The notes under the pieces were generated by a model, which worked only from the letters and a program-made list of their open reading frames with translations, ran no database searches and was not told the DNA's origin. 64,000 bases of DNA, from IMG/VR virus record IMGVR_UViG_3300009164_005114, positions 18,856-82,855 of that record. The stretch is one strand, 5' to 3'. Below are positions 50,490 through 60,938 of the stretch, in pieces. This DNA comes from a virus. Every line of letters begins with the position of its first letter. Position 1 is the first letter of the stretch. Made by a program: the position numbers and the translations under genes.

Positions 50490-51296
50490 ATGAATAACAA
50501 ATTATCACTATCCGTAATATTACCAATTAAATCATCTAAAGCAAAAGACTTTGATGAATATTTTGAAAAAGCTATCACATCAATTAAAACACAAACAGTT
50601 GAAATTGAGGAATTATTAATAGTACATACATCCGAAGAATCATTAATCAAACATTTAAATGATTATGATTTTGGTACTCTTAATGTCACAAAATTATTGT
50701 GGGATAAAGAACCTAATTATTGTGAACAAATTAATTATGGTGTTAAAAACGCCAAGGGTACTTGGATTTCTTTATTTGAGTTTGATGATGAGTATTCATC
50801 AATTTGGTTTAAGAATGTTAAAAAATATATTGACTCTTATCCTCAAACACAAGTATTTTTACCTGTTGTTGTTGAAACTGACGAAAAAGGTTTATTCGCA
50901 GGGTTTACTAATGAAGCAACATTTGCAGCTAATTTTAGTCAAGAAATGGGTATATTAACTAACGAAACTTTACAAGATTATCAAAACTTTCAAACCGCTG
51001 GTTCTGTAATTAAAAAAGAAGTTATTGAGGATTTTGGAGGATTTAAGCCCTCAATCAAATTAACTTTTATTTATGAATTCTTATTAAGACTAACTTATAA
51101 TTCAGTATCAATTATGACTATTCCAAAACTTGGTTATAAACATACTAATATGAGAGAGGGTTCAATATTTTGGAATTATAAATTTGGTCAAGATAAGATG
51201 ATTGAAGATGAAGTAAAATTTTGGATTCAAACGGCAAAAAAAGAATTTTTCTTTGTTGATGATAGAGCCATAAATTATCAAACTGAAAATGTATAA
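50490..51296 (+). CDS. GT2-family glycosyltransferase (start moved to ATG 50490)
   Basis: LSVILPI, QINYGV, FEFDDEY. Confidence 0.75.
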   Translation: MNNKLSLSVILPIKSSKAKDFDEYFEKAITSIKTQTVEIEELLIVHTSEESLIKHLNDYDFGTLNVTKLLWDKEPNYCEQINYGVKNAKGTWISLFEFDDEYSSIWFKNVKKYIDSYPQTQVFLPVVVETDEKGLFAGFTNEATFAANFSQEMGILTNETLQDYQNFQTAGSVIKKEVIEDFGGFKPSIKLTFIYEFLLRLTYNSVSIMTIPKLGYKHTNMREGSIFWNYKFGQDKMIEDEVKFWIQTAKKEFFFVDDRAINYQTENV

Positions 51297-52045
51297 TGCA
51301 AGAAACTCTATCTGCAACGACAGAAGATGTTTCATCCAAAAAAAGAGGTAGAAAGACAGTAAATGTAAATTATTTTGACGTAAGAGAAGAGACCGCAGTT
51401 AGAAATTTTCTATTGGCGGAAACCGCAGAAGAAAAAAACAAAATATATAACGAATACTTAAGAGGCCCTCTTGATAAGATGATTTCGTCTATCATAAGGA
51501 GATATAAATTATATCGTAAGGATATGGATTTTATTGAAATCCATTGTGACACTCATTCTTTTTTAATGACTAAGGTTGATAAATTTAAACCTTCAAAAGA
51601 AAAGAAAGCGTATTCGTACTTTGGTACAATCTGTAAAAATTATTTAATGGGTCAAATTATTAAAGACCAAAAAGAAATAAACAGAAAAGTATCATACGAG
51701 GACATGTCTGAAAGTATTGAAGAAAGACCTGATATGATGTACCGAATAGATGAGGAAGTGGTAGACACTAGTGTTATCATTACTCAATATCTAAAAGAAT
51801 TAAAAGATTTTATTGATACTGAAAATTTAAACGATAATGAAAGAAAATTAGGTTATGCGTTAATTGATTTATTTGATAATTATGAATCAATTTTTTCGGG
51901 AGCGGATAATAACAAATTTAATAAGAATGTTATTCTTTTATCATTAAGAGAAATGACAAATCTTAGTACTAAAGAAATACGCAGTTCTATTAAGAGATTT
52001 AAAAAGTTGTATATTTTAATTCAAACTAAAATGAAAACCGATTAA
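51296..52045 (+). CDS. Phage sigma factor-like protein (gp55-like late sigma)
   Basis: Region-2-like KFKPSKEKKAYSYFGTICKNYL, resembling the gp55 F.P....FAYFT.I segment. Confidence 0.6.
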   Translation: MQETLSATTEDVSSKKRGRKTVNVNYFDVREETAVRNFLLAETAEEKNKIYNEYLRGPLDKMISSIIRRYKLYRKDMDFIEIHCDTHSFLMTKVDKFKPSKEKKAYSYFGTICKNYLMGQIIKDQKEINRKVSYEDMSESIEERPDMMYRIDEEVVDTSVIITQYLKELKDFIDTENLNDNERKLGYALIDLFDNYESIFSGADNNKFNKNVILLSLREMTNLSTKEIRSSIKRFKKLYILIQTKMKTD

Positions 52046-52060
52046 AAAGTATTTATAGAT

Positions 52061-52426
52061 ATGCCTAGACCACAAAGAAAAGAAATAAATTTCACTAAAG
52101 ATTCAATTTTATCTTTAATGCAAGAAATCTACAATGAACTTGTAGAACAGAGACAAACTGCAATTAGAATCCAAAATAAAATGTTAACCATGTTGAAAGA
52201 CCCTGAAGACATGACAACAATTGGACCTGTAATTGAAAAACAACAAAAAATTGTTAATGATTGTGTTGATAAAAAAATAAGTCTATCAAAATTACAATCT
52301 AGTATTTGGGAAAAATCAAATAATAATACTGAATCGTTTTCTCTTGCAGATTTAGATGACGACCTTATTCAAAATTTAATTGATAAGGACGTGTCTAACG
52401 ATGAGGAAACATATAAAATGAGATAA
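52061..52426 (+). CDS. Hypothetical helical protein
   Basis: ORF preceded by TATTTATA. Confidence 0.6.
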   Translation: MPRPQRKEINFTKDSILSLMQEIYNELVEQRQTAIRIQNKMLTMLKDPEDMTTIGPVIEKQQKIVNDCVDKKISLSKLQSSIWEKSNNNTESFSLADLDDDLIQNLIDKDVSNDEETYKMR

Positions 52427-52427
52427 A

Positions 52428-54500
52428 ATGTCAGCATTAGATTTAAATCAAGGATTTGATTCATCAAAAAGTAAGATTAGTTCAATTAAAAGTTACATTG
52501 AGATTTCTAAGTCTGCAAAGCAATTGTCACGCTCTGCGGGTAATTCTCAATCAGAATCTATCTCAAATTTAGCATCTTCTTTAGATAAAATATCCACACA
52601 ACAAAAAAGATATCTAAGACAACCTCCAACATCTTTTGACCAATTATTAGATTTAATTGGTTTGGCAAATGGAAGCGGTTCTTCAACACTTGATTACTTA
52701 AAAAAAAAGTTATTAGAAGTTAGCGTCAAAATAGAACCTAAAGTTCAACAAATAATTAGTGAAGAGGCGTTAAAGGCGTTAGGGTGTTCTCAAGAGCAAA
52801 CGTTTCAAGGATACTCAACCTCAACATTACAATTAAACCCTTTAAGTACATTACCCGTTGGTCAGGGAATTTATGTCCCTGTTCAGTCATTAGACATTGC
52901 CAGTATTTTAAAAACTTCAGTAGATTCTAAAGTTGGTAAAATAATTTACGAAAAACCATTACCTAGTGTCCAAGATGGTGTTTTTAAACCTTATGGTGGT
53001 AAAAAACCATTTCCAATGAATAAGACATTAAATCTTAGAATGGATGGTGCAAATGCTGGAACATCTTTTTATTCTGAATATGGAAAATACTATCAAGGTA
53101 TTTCAGGTCAAAATTTATTTGATTTTCAATACTCCCCAACAAATCAATATGGCGTAAATCAAGATTGTTATAGAGTTGCACTAATAAGTGGAACAACTGC
53201 AAATTCTCCGACAAATAAAGTCGGTGATTTTTTAAAAGACTATTACGGAACAATTAAATTAATTGATAGTGTTGATTTTGGGGCGTCATTAGTAAATCTA
53301 ATATCAGGAGCAATAGACATACAATCTCAATTAGGAGCGGAGGACATTACAAATCAATCACAATTTTCATTATTCATACAAAGAATATTAGGACTTTGTT
53401 TTGATTCTAGAAGAGAAATTGATGTTAGTGGTATTTCTAAAGTTGGCGAATTAGATGGTGTTGACGAAACATTTTTTGAACTTACGGAAGTAGATTTACG
53501 AAATATTGAAATAAGGTTAACCAATATCCAAAACGGTGTTATGGAGTTTGAAGATTGTAACAATGTTAAATTACCTGTTGATTACAATACTTTAACTGAT
53601 GGGTTAATTAAATTTAGAGAAAACGATGAATTATCCACCGAAGCTCAAGTAAAAGAATTAAATTCAGTGTTAGATTCAATCTATCAAAATCCTGATTGGA
53701 AAGTATTTTTACCAACTAATTTTAATTTAGAGGTTGCGGTTAATAAAGATATTCTAAAACAAATACCTTTAGCAGTTGCCTCTTCAGTATTAAGTCCTAA
53801 AGTTTTATTTCCAATATTTGTATTACTACAAGTTGTTGAGAGTGAGGCAAAAAATAACTACAATCAAGCGGTAACTTCAGGAAACACTTATATCCAATCG
53901 GGAAACACAATTGCGGGTGGAGTTAACAATATTGTTAACAATCAAGTCGATTTCTTAAAAACGTTTAAAACTTTTAACATTGAAGTTACTTCAAAAATAG
54001 GCGCAATTTTTCTTGAGTCGTTATATGAGATTTTAAAGAAAGATATTATAAATCTTTTGAGTACGATAATTCAAGACATTGTAAAAGGTAAGTTAGAAAA
54101 ACGATATGCAACCATTTTAAGACTAGTAAATATTGCAATAGCAATCTCTCAATTAATTGATGATTATAGAAAGTGTAAATCATTGGTTGATGATATTTTA
54201 ACATTATTAAATTTAATAAATGGTCTTGCTGGTGGACCAGGAATACCTAAACCATTATTACTTTTAACCAAACTTTTACCAGGTACATCACCTGAAAGGT
54301 CTACCATAAACACAATAGAATTATTACAATCAGTTGGCATACCTACAGGTACTCTTCCTGATGGTTCTCCAAATTTAATGGGGATATATAATCTTATGAC
54401 TCATAGAGGTGCCGAAAAAGAAAAAGCCGAAAATGGCAAATTAGATGCCATTGGAGTAGGAGCTGGTGGCCCTATAGATATTTACGGAGTATCAGTATAA
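52428..54500 (+). CDS. Hypothetical, probably virion-associated protein
   Basis: 690-aa ORF in the operon with the spike gene. Confidence 0.55.
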   Translation: MSALDLNQGFDSSKSKISSIKSYIEISKSAKQLSRSAGNSQSESISNLASSLDKISTQQKRYLRQPPTSFDQLLDLIGLANGSGSSTLDYLKKKLLEVSVKIEPKVQQIISEEALKALGCSQEQTFQGYSTSTLQLNPLSTLPVGQGIYVPVQSLDIASILKTSVDSKVGKIIYEKPLPSVQDGVFKPYGGKKPFPMNKTLNLRMDGANAGTSFYSEYGKYYQGISGQNLFDFQYSPTNQYGVNQDCYRVALISGTTANSPTNKVGDFLKDYYGTIKLIDSVDFGASLVNLISGAIDIQSQLGAEDITNQSQFSLFIQRILGLCFDSRREIDVSGISKVGELDGVDETFFELTEVDLRNIEIRLTNIQNGVMEFEDCNNVKLPVDYNTLTDGLIKFRENDELSTEAQVKELNSVLDSIYQNPDWKVFLPTNFNLEVAVNKDILKQIPLAVASSVLSPKVLFPIFVLLQVVESEAKNNYNQAVTSGNTYIQSGNTIAGGVNNIVNNQVDFLKTFKTFNIEVTSKIGAIFLESLYEILKKDIINLLSTIIQDIVKGKLEKRYATILRLVNIAIAISQLIDDYRKCKSLVDDILTLLNLINGLAGGPGIPKPLLLLTKLLPGTSPERSTINTIELLQSVGIPTGTLPDGSPNLMGIYNLMTHRGAEKEKAENGKLDAIGVGAGGPIDIYGVSV

Positions 54501-54501
54501 T

Positions 54502-54711
54502 ATGAAAAAAGAAGAATTTGAAAATATCGTCAAAGAACAATCAGATTTGAAAAATTTACCTAATTCAAAATTAATTGAATTTATGGATAAACTATCAACT
54601 GATTTTGATGAAACAAAAAATAATATAATTGGATTAACTATCTATTTGGATAAAGTTGAAGAATTATATAATAACACTTTAAACGAATATCAATCAAGAA
54701 AAAATGAGTAA
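54502..54711 (+). CDS. Small coiled-coil protein
   Basis: Coupled ORF overlapping the next gene. Confidence 0.55.
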   Translation: MKKEEFENIVKEQSDLKNLPNSKLIEFMDKLSTDFDETKNNIIGLTIYLDKVEELYNNTLNEYQSRKNE

Positions 54712-56239
54712 TAGTTCAATATTTTTTCAAGTACAAGTAATTTCAAATGATGACCCAATGATGTTGGGTAGAATTAGAGCTAAACTTTTGGTTGATAACT
54801 ATGCCGATATTGTTAAAGCAATAACTGACCCTCCATGGGATGAAGAAAAAGATGTGTGGACGGCAAGAGACCCTTTTATTTTTAATCCTCTTATGCCGTA
54901 TTTTATGTATCAAGTACCCAAAGTGGGAGAAATGTCACAGGTACTTTATGTAAATAAAGATTTTAGATATCAAAATCAGTATTATATACAAAATACGTTT
55001 TCAAGTCCAACAACAACAAATTTTGAGTTTTATCAAGGAGGTAATAAATTTACAGGTACTGGTACCCAATTAAAAAATCCAAAACCTTTAAAAAATCAAG
55101 ATGGAACGTATACCGACCAAGCAATCCATAAAGGCGTTTTTCCTGAGCCAGGCGATAACGCAATATTGGGTCGAGGAAGTGCTGACGTTGTTGTAAAAGA
55201 AAATGAAGTTTTAATAAGAGCTGGTAAATTTACTGGAAGCATGCTTCAACCAAATGTACCACCTGTTGCAAATCAAAAAAGAGGATTCTTACAACTTTCA
55301 AGATTTAATAAAACAAAAATTAAACAACCTGATAAAATTGTTTCGGAAGCCAATGAAGTTGTTGTTGCAGTAAAATATCTTATTGAGTGGGTAATAACTA
55401 ACCCTGAAAATACTCAAGATAAATTTGCGGGAGAGGTTTATCTATATCAACTAAAAAATGATATTTCTACAAATTCTAAAAATTTAACGGTAGGTACTAT
55501 GGTTAAAGAAAATTTAAAAACTTTAGTTGCTTTAGAATCATTTACAATGTTATCAAAAAGCGAGGTTGTTGCATTTATTAATAATTTTATTCAAACTTGT
55601 AATAGTAAGACAACCACAACTTCAGGTATACAACTATTTGCAAGTGAAAATAATAAATTTGCAATGTTTTATAGACCTAATGGTTTAACATATTCTTATT
55701 TAACTCCAGGAAGTACAACAGGAACAACATCAACAACAGGAATTGAATATAAAAACATTTCTGAGATTTTTAATCAAGTTAAACTTTATTCCGCACTTAA
55801 ACAAGGTGGTTATGGGTTAATTTATGCTAAAGATAGAGTTGGTATTCCTATGAGTTATAAGTCAACTATTGTACCTCAAGAATCATATACAAGTAACCCA
55901 ACAACATATGGTGCTTTAGGTAGTGATACATTATTTTTATTATCCCAAATTTCAACAATACCAGGTAAGGGTAAGATTAACTTTGATGATACTTTATACG
56001 GTATTAACGGTGACCAATTTGTTGATGAAATTTTACCAAAAACATCAAGTTTGGTTAGAGGTGAAGAATTAATGGAGTTAATTAATTTAATTACAAGATT
56101 CTTATTAACACATACACATGCCTACCCTGGACTACCTCCAGTAACTGTTACACAAGATGGGACTTCGGTTTCTGACATATTAACAGAGTTACAAAATGCA
56201 AGTCAAAAAATTCTTAATGAGAATATTCGACTTAATTGA
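54704..56239 (+). CDS. Baseplate central spike (gp5/VgrG-like)
   Basis: OB-fold DDPMMLGRIRAK...VPKVGE; PGD.AILGRG; C-terminal LVRGEEL...THTH metal-binding apex. Confidence 0.75.
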   Translation: MSNSSIFFQVQVISNDDPMMLGRIRAKLLVDNYADIVKAITDPPWDEEKDVWTARDPFIFNPLMPYFMYQVPKVGEMSQVLYVNKDFRYQNQYYIQNTFSSPTTTNFEFYQGGNKFTGTGTQLKNPKPLKNQDGTYTDQAIHKGVFPEPGDNAILGRGSADVVVKENEVLIRAGKFTGSMLQPNVPPVANQKRGFLQLSRFNKTKIKQPDKIVSEANEVVVAVKYLIEWVITNPENTQDKFAGEVYLYQLKNDISTNSKNLTVGTMVKENLKTLVALESFTMLSKSEVVAFINNFIQTCNSKTTTTSGIQLFASENNKFAMFYRPNGLTYSYLTPGSTTGTTSTTGIEYKNISEIFNQVKLYSALKQGGYGLIYAKDRVGIPMSYKSTIVPQESYTSNPTTYGALGSDTLFLLSQISTIPGKGKINFDDTLYGINGDQFVDEILPKTSSLVRGEELMELINLITRFLLTHTHAYPGLPPVTVTQDGTSVSDILTELQNASQKILNENIRLN

Positions 56240-56259
56240 TATTTATTGTAAAAACATTA

Positions 56260-57759
56260 ATGTCAATTTTAAGGTCATACATAGATAAGAACAATACAAT
56301 AATTTCAAATTCGTATGTTAATACGGGAAGAAACCCTGTTGTTGAGTTAAATTTCGGAGCGTCGGATTACATAATTCCAAATTATGGTTACAGCAGATTT
56401 TTATTTAATTTAGATTTAGGTTTATTATATGAAAATATTGCCACAGGTGTTATATCTACAGGATGTACCACAGGGATGACTCATGTTCTTAAAATGACAA
56501 ATACTTCTTCATTTGATAATGAACTATTGAATACTTTTATGTCAAATGAAAGAAGAAGAGCAACCTCATTTGATTTAATTTTATTTAGAATTCCTGAAAC
56601 TTCAGGTAACACAGGAACTCCTCAATATTGGGACGAGGGTGTTGGCTATGATTACACCGATTTTAATATTAACCACAATAGTTCTTATGGTGGGTCAACT
56701 CCATTAACTTATGTTGATAGTAGGTCTTTTTCAACAAGACCGTCCAATTGGTATCAAACAACCACAATTGATAATTGGTCTCAACCTGGTGTTTATAATA
56801 ATAAAAACCAAGGCACCGTAAATTATTCAGGATTAACTATTGTTGCCAGACAACACTTTGAACTTGGTAATGAAGATATTAACATGGATATGACCAATGA
56901 AATAAACGGTATATTAAATGGAACAATTACAGGTGTCACAGGATGGGGAGTTGCTTACTTACCGCAGATTGAAAACATTACTGGTTTAACTGACAGTTAT
57001 AGTGTAGCATTCTTTTCAAGACATACTCAAACATTTTACCAACCATTCTTACAAACAACATACGATGATATTATTAAAGATGATAGAAACGTATTTTTAA
57101 AGAATCAAACAAATAGATTATATCTTTACATATATCAAAATGGAGATTTGGTTAATTTAGACGCCGACCCAACAGTTCGAATTGAAGACAGAAATGGTGA
57201 TGCAGTTCCTGGTATGGCAACTTTATCAACTTGTTTAAAAACAAGAGGAGTTTATGAAGTAATTGTCCCTAATGGATTTACAGGTGCCACTCCATGTCAA
57301 TATTATGATGTGTGGTCAGGATTAACAATCAATGGACAATCAATCCCAAATGTTACAAATCAATTTGTATTACAACAATATAATGCAGGTATTCAAATTG
57401 GTTCATTATCTAAAGACCCAATAAAATTTGGATTTGACTTTTATGGTATATTACAAAACGAACAAATCCTTAATTCTGACATTAGAAAAGTTGGTGTAAC
57501 AATTAAGAAAGCATACACAGGACAAGTTCTACTACAAAATGTATCTGCGTTTTATAGAGTATATGTTAAAGAAGGAACTACCGAAGTCCAAGTTCAAGAT
57601 TGGACTCCAATCAATAGAACACCAAATGAGTATTATTTTATATTTGATATGAGAGATAAAATTCCAAATCAATACTACGTTGATATTCAAGTGAATACTT
57701 CGGGTGAAAAGGATACTTATAAGAAAGAATTAACTTTTAATATTGTAAATAAGAAATAA
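56260..57759 (+). CDS. Virion structural protein (start moved to ATG 56260)
   Basis: Beta-rich, S/T/G-rich; WDEGVGYD and FFSRHTQTFYQPFL; TATTTAT motif upstream. Confidence 0.55.
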   Translation: MSILRSYIDKNNTIISNSYVNTGRNPVVELNFGASDYIIPNYGYSRFLFNLDLGLLYENIATGVISTGCTTGMTHVLKMTNTSSFDNELLNTFMSNERRRATSFDLILFRIPETSGNTGTPQYWDEGVGYDYTDFNINHNSSYGGSTPLTYVDSRSFSTRPSNWYQTTTIDNWSQPGVYNNKNQGTVNYSGLTIVARQHFELGNEDINMDMTNEINGILNGTITGVTGWGVAYLPQIENITGLTDSYSVAFFSRHTQTFYQPFLQTTYDDIIKDDRNVFLKNQTNRLYLYIYQNGDLVNLDADPTVRIEDRNGDAVPGMATLSTCLKTRGVYEVIVPNGFTGATPCQYYDVWSGLTINGQSIPNVTNQFVLQQYNAGIQIGSLSKDPIKFGFDFYGILQNEQILNSDIRKVGVTIKKAYTGQVLLQNVSAFYRVYVKEGTTEVQVQDWTPINRTPNEYYFIFDMRDKIPNQYYVDIQVNTSGEKDTYKKELTFNIVNKK

Positions 57760-57760
57760 C

Positions 57761-58219
57761 ATGGCAAAAATAGTAAAACTGACAGAGTCAGATATCACAA
57801 GATTAGTTAAAAAAGTTTTATCAGAACAAGAAAGAGCGAATTATATGTTCTTTAGTAATTTAGAACAAATAAAAAGACAATGCGAAATGATGTTGGAAAT
57901 GGACCAAGACAAACTTGACGAAATTATCCAAAATGGACATGATTGGGCCGATGACCATATATCAGAAGCAAAAACTAATATTGACCAAGTATTTGATTTT
58001 TTCAAAAATGAAATGTCAAAAGAATATGTTGACTACGAAGATATTAATGAAGGTAGAAAAAAAACAGGGACGCCACTTTGTGCTAGAGGTAAATCTGCCG
58101 CAAAATCAAAATTTAAAGTTTATCCTTCAGCATATGCAAACGGATATGCGGTTCAAGTATGTAAAGGTAAAATCAAAGGGTTAGACGGTAAGAAACATTG
58201 TTCTGGTTCATATTGTTAA
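57761..58219 (+). CDS. Putative internal head protein with LTESD leader and basic Cys-containing C-terminal module
   Basis: MAKIVKLTESDITRLVKKVLSEQ; LCARGK...YPSAYANG..VQVCKG. Confidence 0.55.
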   Translation: MAKIVKLTESDITRLVKKVLSEQERANYMFFSNLEQIKRQCEMMLEMDQDKLDEIIQNGHDWADDHISEAKTNIDQVFDFFKNEMSKEYVDYEDINEGRKKTGTPLCARGKSAAKSKFKVYPSAYANGYAVQVCKGKIKGLDGKKHCSGSYC

Positions 58220-58262
58220 AAAAAAATTTATCCAAGTATTTTTTTTATTGTTTTAATTGACT

Positions 58263-58270
58263 TATATTTG
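58263..58270 (+). promoter_or_regulatory. Bacteroidota-type -7 box
   Basis: TATATTTG matches TAnnTTTG, upstream of 58297. Confidence 0.45.
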
Positions 58271-58296
58271 TAGTCAACATATATACAATAAACTAA

Positions 58297-58698
58297 ATGA
58301 AAAATATTGCCCATAACTTAAAACGACTAATTCAAAAAAAGTACATTTCTTTTTCTAGAATGTCAAATCCCCAAGTCAAAAAATCAGCATACGAAAGGGA
58401 TTGTATCACAATTTGTAAAAAATTAATTGCAAAAGACGATACTGTTTTACTGTTAACCCCAATTTCTAATAAACGTTATATCCGTAACGAAGAATTACAA
58501 ATCTTTGTAATTTTAGAAAATTATAGTGTAAAAGTGATTAATCACGTTTACTCTTACACAGTCTTCTTAGAAGACAAATCATGGCATTTAATTACTAATT
58601 TATTTGATAATGAAGTTGAAAGACGTAGAGAAGTGTTTGAAAATGAAATAACTTCAAACATAAAACACTCATTACAAAACATCATAAAATCACTATAA
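58297..58698 (+). CDS. Hypothetical protein
   Basis: 133-aa ORF. Confidence 0.6.
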   Translation: MKNIAHNLKRLIQKKYISFSRMSNPQVKKSAYERDCITICKKLIAKDDTVLLLTPISNKRYIRNEELQIFVILENYSVKVINHVYSYTVFLEDKSWHLITNLFDNEVERRREVFENEITSNIKHSLQNIIKSL

Positions 58699-59006
58699 TG
58701 AAAAATAGCCCATTTAGAAAAACATTTATTGGGGGTCTTGTTATATTGTTTTTTGTAATTCTTTTTTTCCTTGTTATTTTTGTTAATGTGTTTAATAGTA
58801 TTAATGATTACATAGACAATGAAGAGAGAAATAAACCTAAGGTTAAAGAAATAATCGTTGAGGAGATTAAACCTGAAGTTATCCACATTGACACCCCAAA
58901 AATTAAAGTGATAAATAAACCTAAAGAAAAGGTTATTGACACACCTATAATTACAAAACCAAAAGACACTGTTGTGGTCATTGACACAACAATTTTAAAA
59001 AAATAA
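58698..59006 (+). CDS. Single-pass membrane protein
   Basis: Hydrophobic FIGGLVILFFVILFFLVIFVNVF, followed by repeated DT motifs. Confidence 0.6.
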   Translation: MKNSPFRKTFIGGLVILFFVILFFLVIFVNVFNSINDYIDNEERNKPKVKEIIVEEIKPEVIHIDTPKIKVINKPKEKVIDTPIITKPKDTVVVIDTTILKK

Positions 59007-59037
59007 TTTGTATAATAAAAAAATAATTGTATCTTCG
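59007..59037 (+). promoter_or_regulatory. Bacteroidota-type promoter
   Basis: TTTG-N19-TATCTTCG (one mismatch). Confidence 0.5.
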
Positions 59038-59041
59038 TTTT

Positions 59042-59425
59042 ATGAAAAAATTAATCTTATCATTCGCACTTTTATTAAGTTCAGTTGTTGGATACTCTCA
59101 GTACCTTGGACCGATGAATCAAGGACTATTCAATAGTTTAGGTATTGAAGAACGTACTTTATTAATTGAATGTGTAAACCAAACTGGGGTTTCGTTGGAT
59201 TCTATGGAGTGGATTCAAGTAGGTGACTCAACTTATGAAAAAGTTAGAATGGACGATGGTTTCAATTATTACTACAATAAAAAAACCATCATCTATAATA
59301 GTGATGGTTCTAATCGAGTTATGACAGATTATGGTACTCATAGTTTAGACAAACCAAAATTCTTGGTCGCTATTTTCAAGTATTCTAATGGTGTCTCAAG
59401 AGTTACATTAATGATGTATTACTAA
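59042..59425 (+). CDS. Secreted protein with Sec signal peptide (start moved to ATG 59042)
   Basis: MKKLILSFALLLSSVVGYS|Q. Confidence 0.65.
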   Translation: MKKLILSFALLLSSVVGYSQYLGPMNQGLFNSLGIEERTLLIECVNQTGVSLDSMEWIQVGDSTYEKVRMDDGFNYYYNKKTIIYNSDGSNRVMTDYGTHSLDKPKFLVAIFKYSNGVSRVTLMMYY

Positions 59426-60651
59426 AATTCTTCAGCAGTATCTTTAATTTGTACGGCAGTTGATAACCCTCTGCCGTATTTGTCTTTTTGACTTGGTTTT
59501 ATATAGACAAAATAATCATCTCCAGTTACTTCAGCTTTATCTTTTAAAGGTATTTCTTCACCTTTAAATGTATCTAAAGGATATTTCATATATTGTAAAG
59601 TACCTACCTTTGGTACTCCATCACCATCTGTAAAGGCAACAGTTAAAGGTAATGTACTACTACCATTATCTCCCATACCTTGAGACGTTGTAATTGTTCT
59701 TATGATTTTTCTACCTAATTTCGCGGCTTCGTTTGGAGGAAAAGATTTATTAACTTTATCAAAAATAATACCTAATTCATCTCTTGTTGGTAGTTTAAGT
59801 CCCGCTGAAATAATTTTTCCTTCTTCTGTTTCAAACCAAACATCATAAGTGTTACCATTTTTTACAAAATATAATGCTTTACCTGAAGTATTTTCTCTAA
59901 ACGAATCGTCTTTTAATAGTTTATAATCAAAGTTAGGAGACGTTTGTTCGTTTAAAACCTTCTCAACTAATCTTAATAAATCGTTTTCTGTTAATCTTAT
60001 TGTTTTTTTCATTGATTCATTTTTTGGTTTATATGAAACCATCTTAGGTTTATTACCTGTTCCCGTTTTTGAATGTGACTTTTCAGCTCTTCTTTTTTGT
60101 TGACAAGCACTTTTCTTTTGGGAGTCACTCATTTTTGACGCAACACCTGCCGCACGACATTTAGGATATCCTTTATCTGATGCTTCAGGTCTACCACATG
60201 GAGGGTGTTTACCATCAACTTTACGACAGATATTAACCCAAGGACCTTTTGGTTGTTTACTACCTTTTGGTTTTTTTTTGGTTCCAAACCATACCGCTAA
60301 ATCTTCTTTAAGTGGACCAACCGCTTTTTTAATAATATCATCAGGAGATTCAATATCATTTAAACTACCACCTTCATCATCATTTTGGTCTGTATAAAAT
60401 TGTTTTAAATATGTATCTACTTTTGATAACATTTCAGTTTTCTTTTCAATTTTGGCTCTTTGTTCAGGTGATTCTTTAAAATCATCATCTGCCTCTTCAT
60501 ATGCCAATTCTGCATTAGTATATTGATAAACAGGAGTATTGAATGGTGCCAATTGGTCTGGTTTCCATTCTTGTGGTGCAAGTACTATTGGGACTTTAAA
60601 ATGACCCGAAGAACCTGACCCTGTCGCTTCACTAATTCTATTTTTTTTCAT
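59422..60651 (-). CDS. Modular putative internal head polyprotein (start moved to ATG 60651)
   Basis: MKKNRISE...; LKEDLAVWFG...PCGR...YPKCR; internal MKKTIRLTENDLLRLVEKVLNEQ. Confidence 0.55.
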   Translation of the reverse strand: MKKNRISEATGSGSSGHFKVPIVLAPQEWKPDQLAPFNTPVYQYTNAELAYEEADDDFKESPEQRAKIEKKTEMLSKVDTYLKQFYTDQNDDEGGSLNDIESPDDIIKKAVGPLKEDLAVWFGTKKKPKGSKQPKGPWVNICRKVDGKHPPCGRPEASDKGYPKCRAAGVASKMSDSQKKSACQQKRRAEKSHSKTGTGNKPKMVSYKPKNESMKKTIRLTENDLLRLVEKVLNEQTSPNFDYKLLKDDSFRENTSGKALYFVKNGNTYDVWFETEEGKIISAGLKLPTRDELGIIFDKVNKSFPPNEAAKLGRKIIRTITTSQGMGDNGSSTLPLTVAFTDGDGVPKVGTLQYMKYPLDTFKGEEIPLKDKAEVTGDDYFVYIKPSQKDKYGRGLSTAVQIKDTAEEF

Positions 60652-60682
60652 ATACTTACTATAAATATATTGATAACACATT

Positions 60683-60907
60683 ATGGAACAAGAAAAACAA
60701 CCTATCGGATTACTTTTTGATAGTATGGCATATTATTCACCTGAAGATATCTCAATTCTAACTGATAATTTAACATACGAACAATCTTATTATGTTCTAA
60801 CCCAAGCTTTAGAATTTGCATACAGAGCTAATTTATTTAGTTTACAAGAATCTGAATTAGTATCAAAATCTTTACGAATATTAAATTCACCAAAAACTGA
60901 AGAATAA
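60683..60907 (+). CDS. Hypothetical protein
   Basis: 74-aa ORF followed by a terminator. Confidence 0.6.
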   Translation: MEQEKQPIGLLFDSMAYYSPEDISILTDNLTYEQSYYVLTQALEFAYRANLFSLQESELVSKSLRILNSPKTEE

Positions 60908-60936
60908 AAAAAGGGGTCTCACGGAACCCCTTTTTT
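60906..60936. terminator. Bidirectional terminator between convergent genes
   Basis: A7-GGGGT...ACCCC-T6. Confidence 0.75.
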
Positions 60937-60938
60937 AT

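Noticed and set aside
32613-51296. Bacterial chromosomal LPS/capsule locus (host contamination or prophage flank)
   Set aside because: It is interleaved with phage-type exonuclease, dUTPase, PhoH and sigma genes, has similar composition to the rest, and lacks export and polymerase genes.
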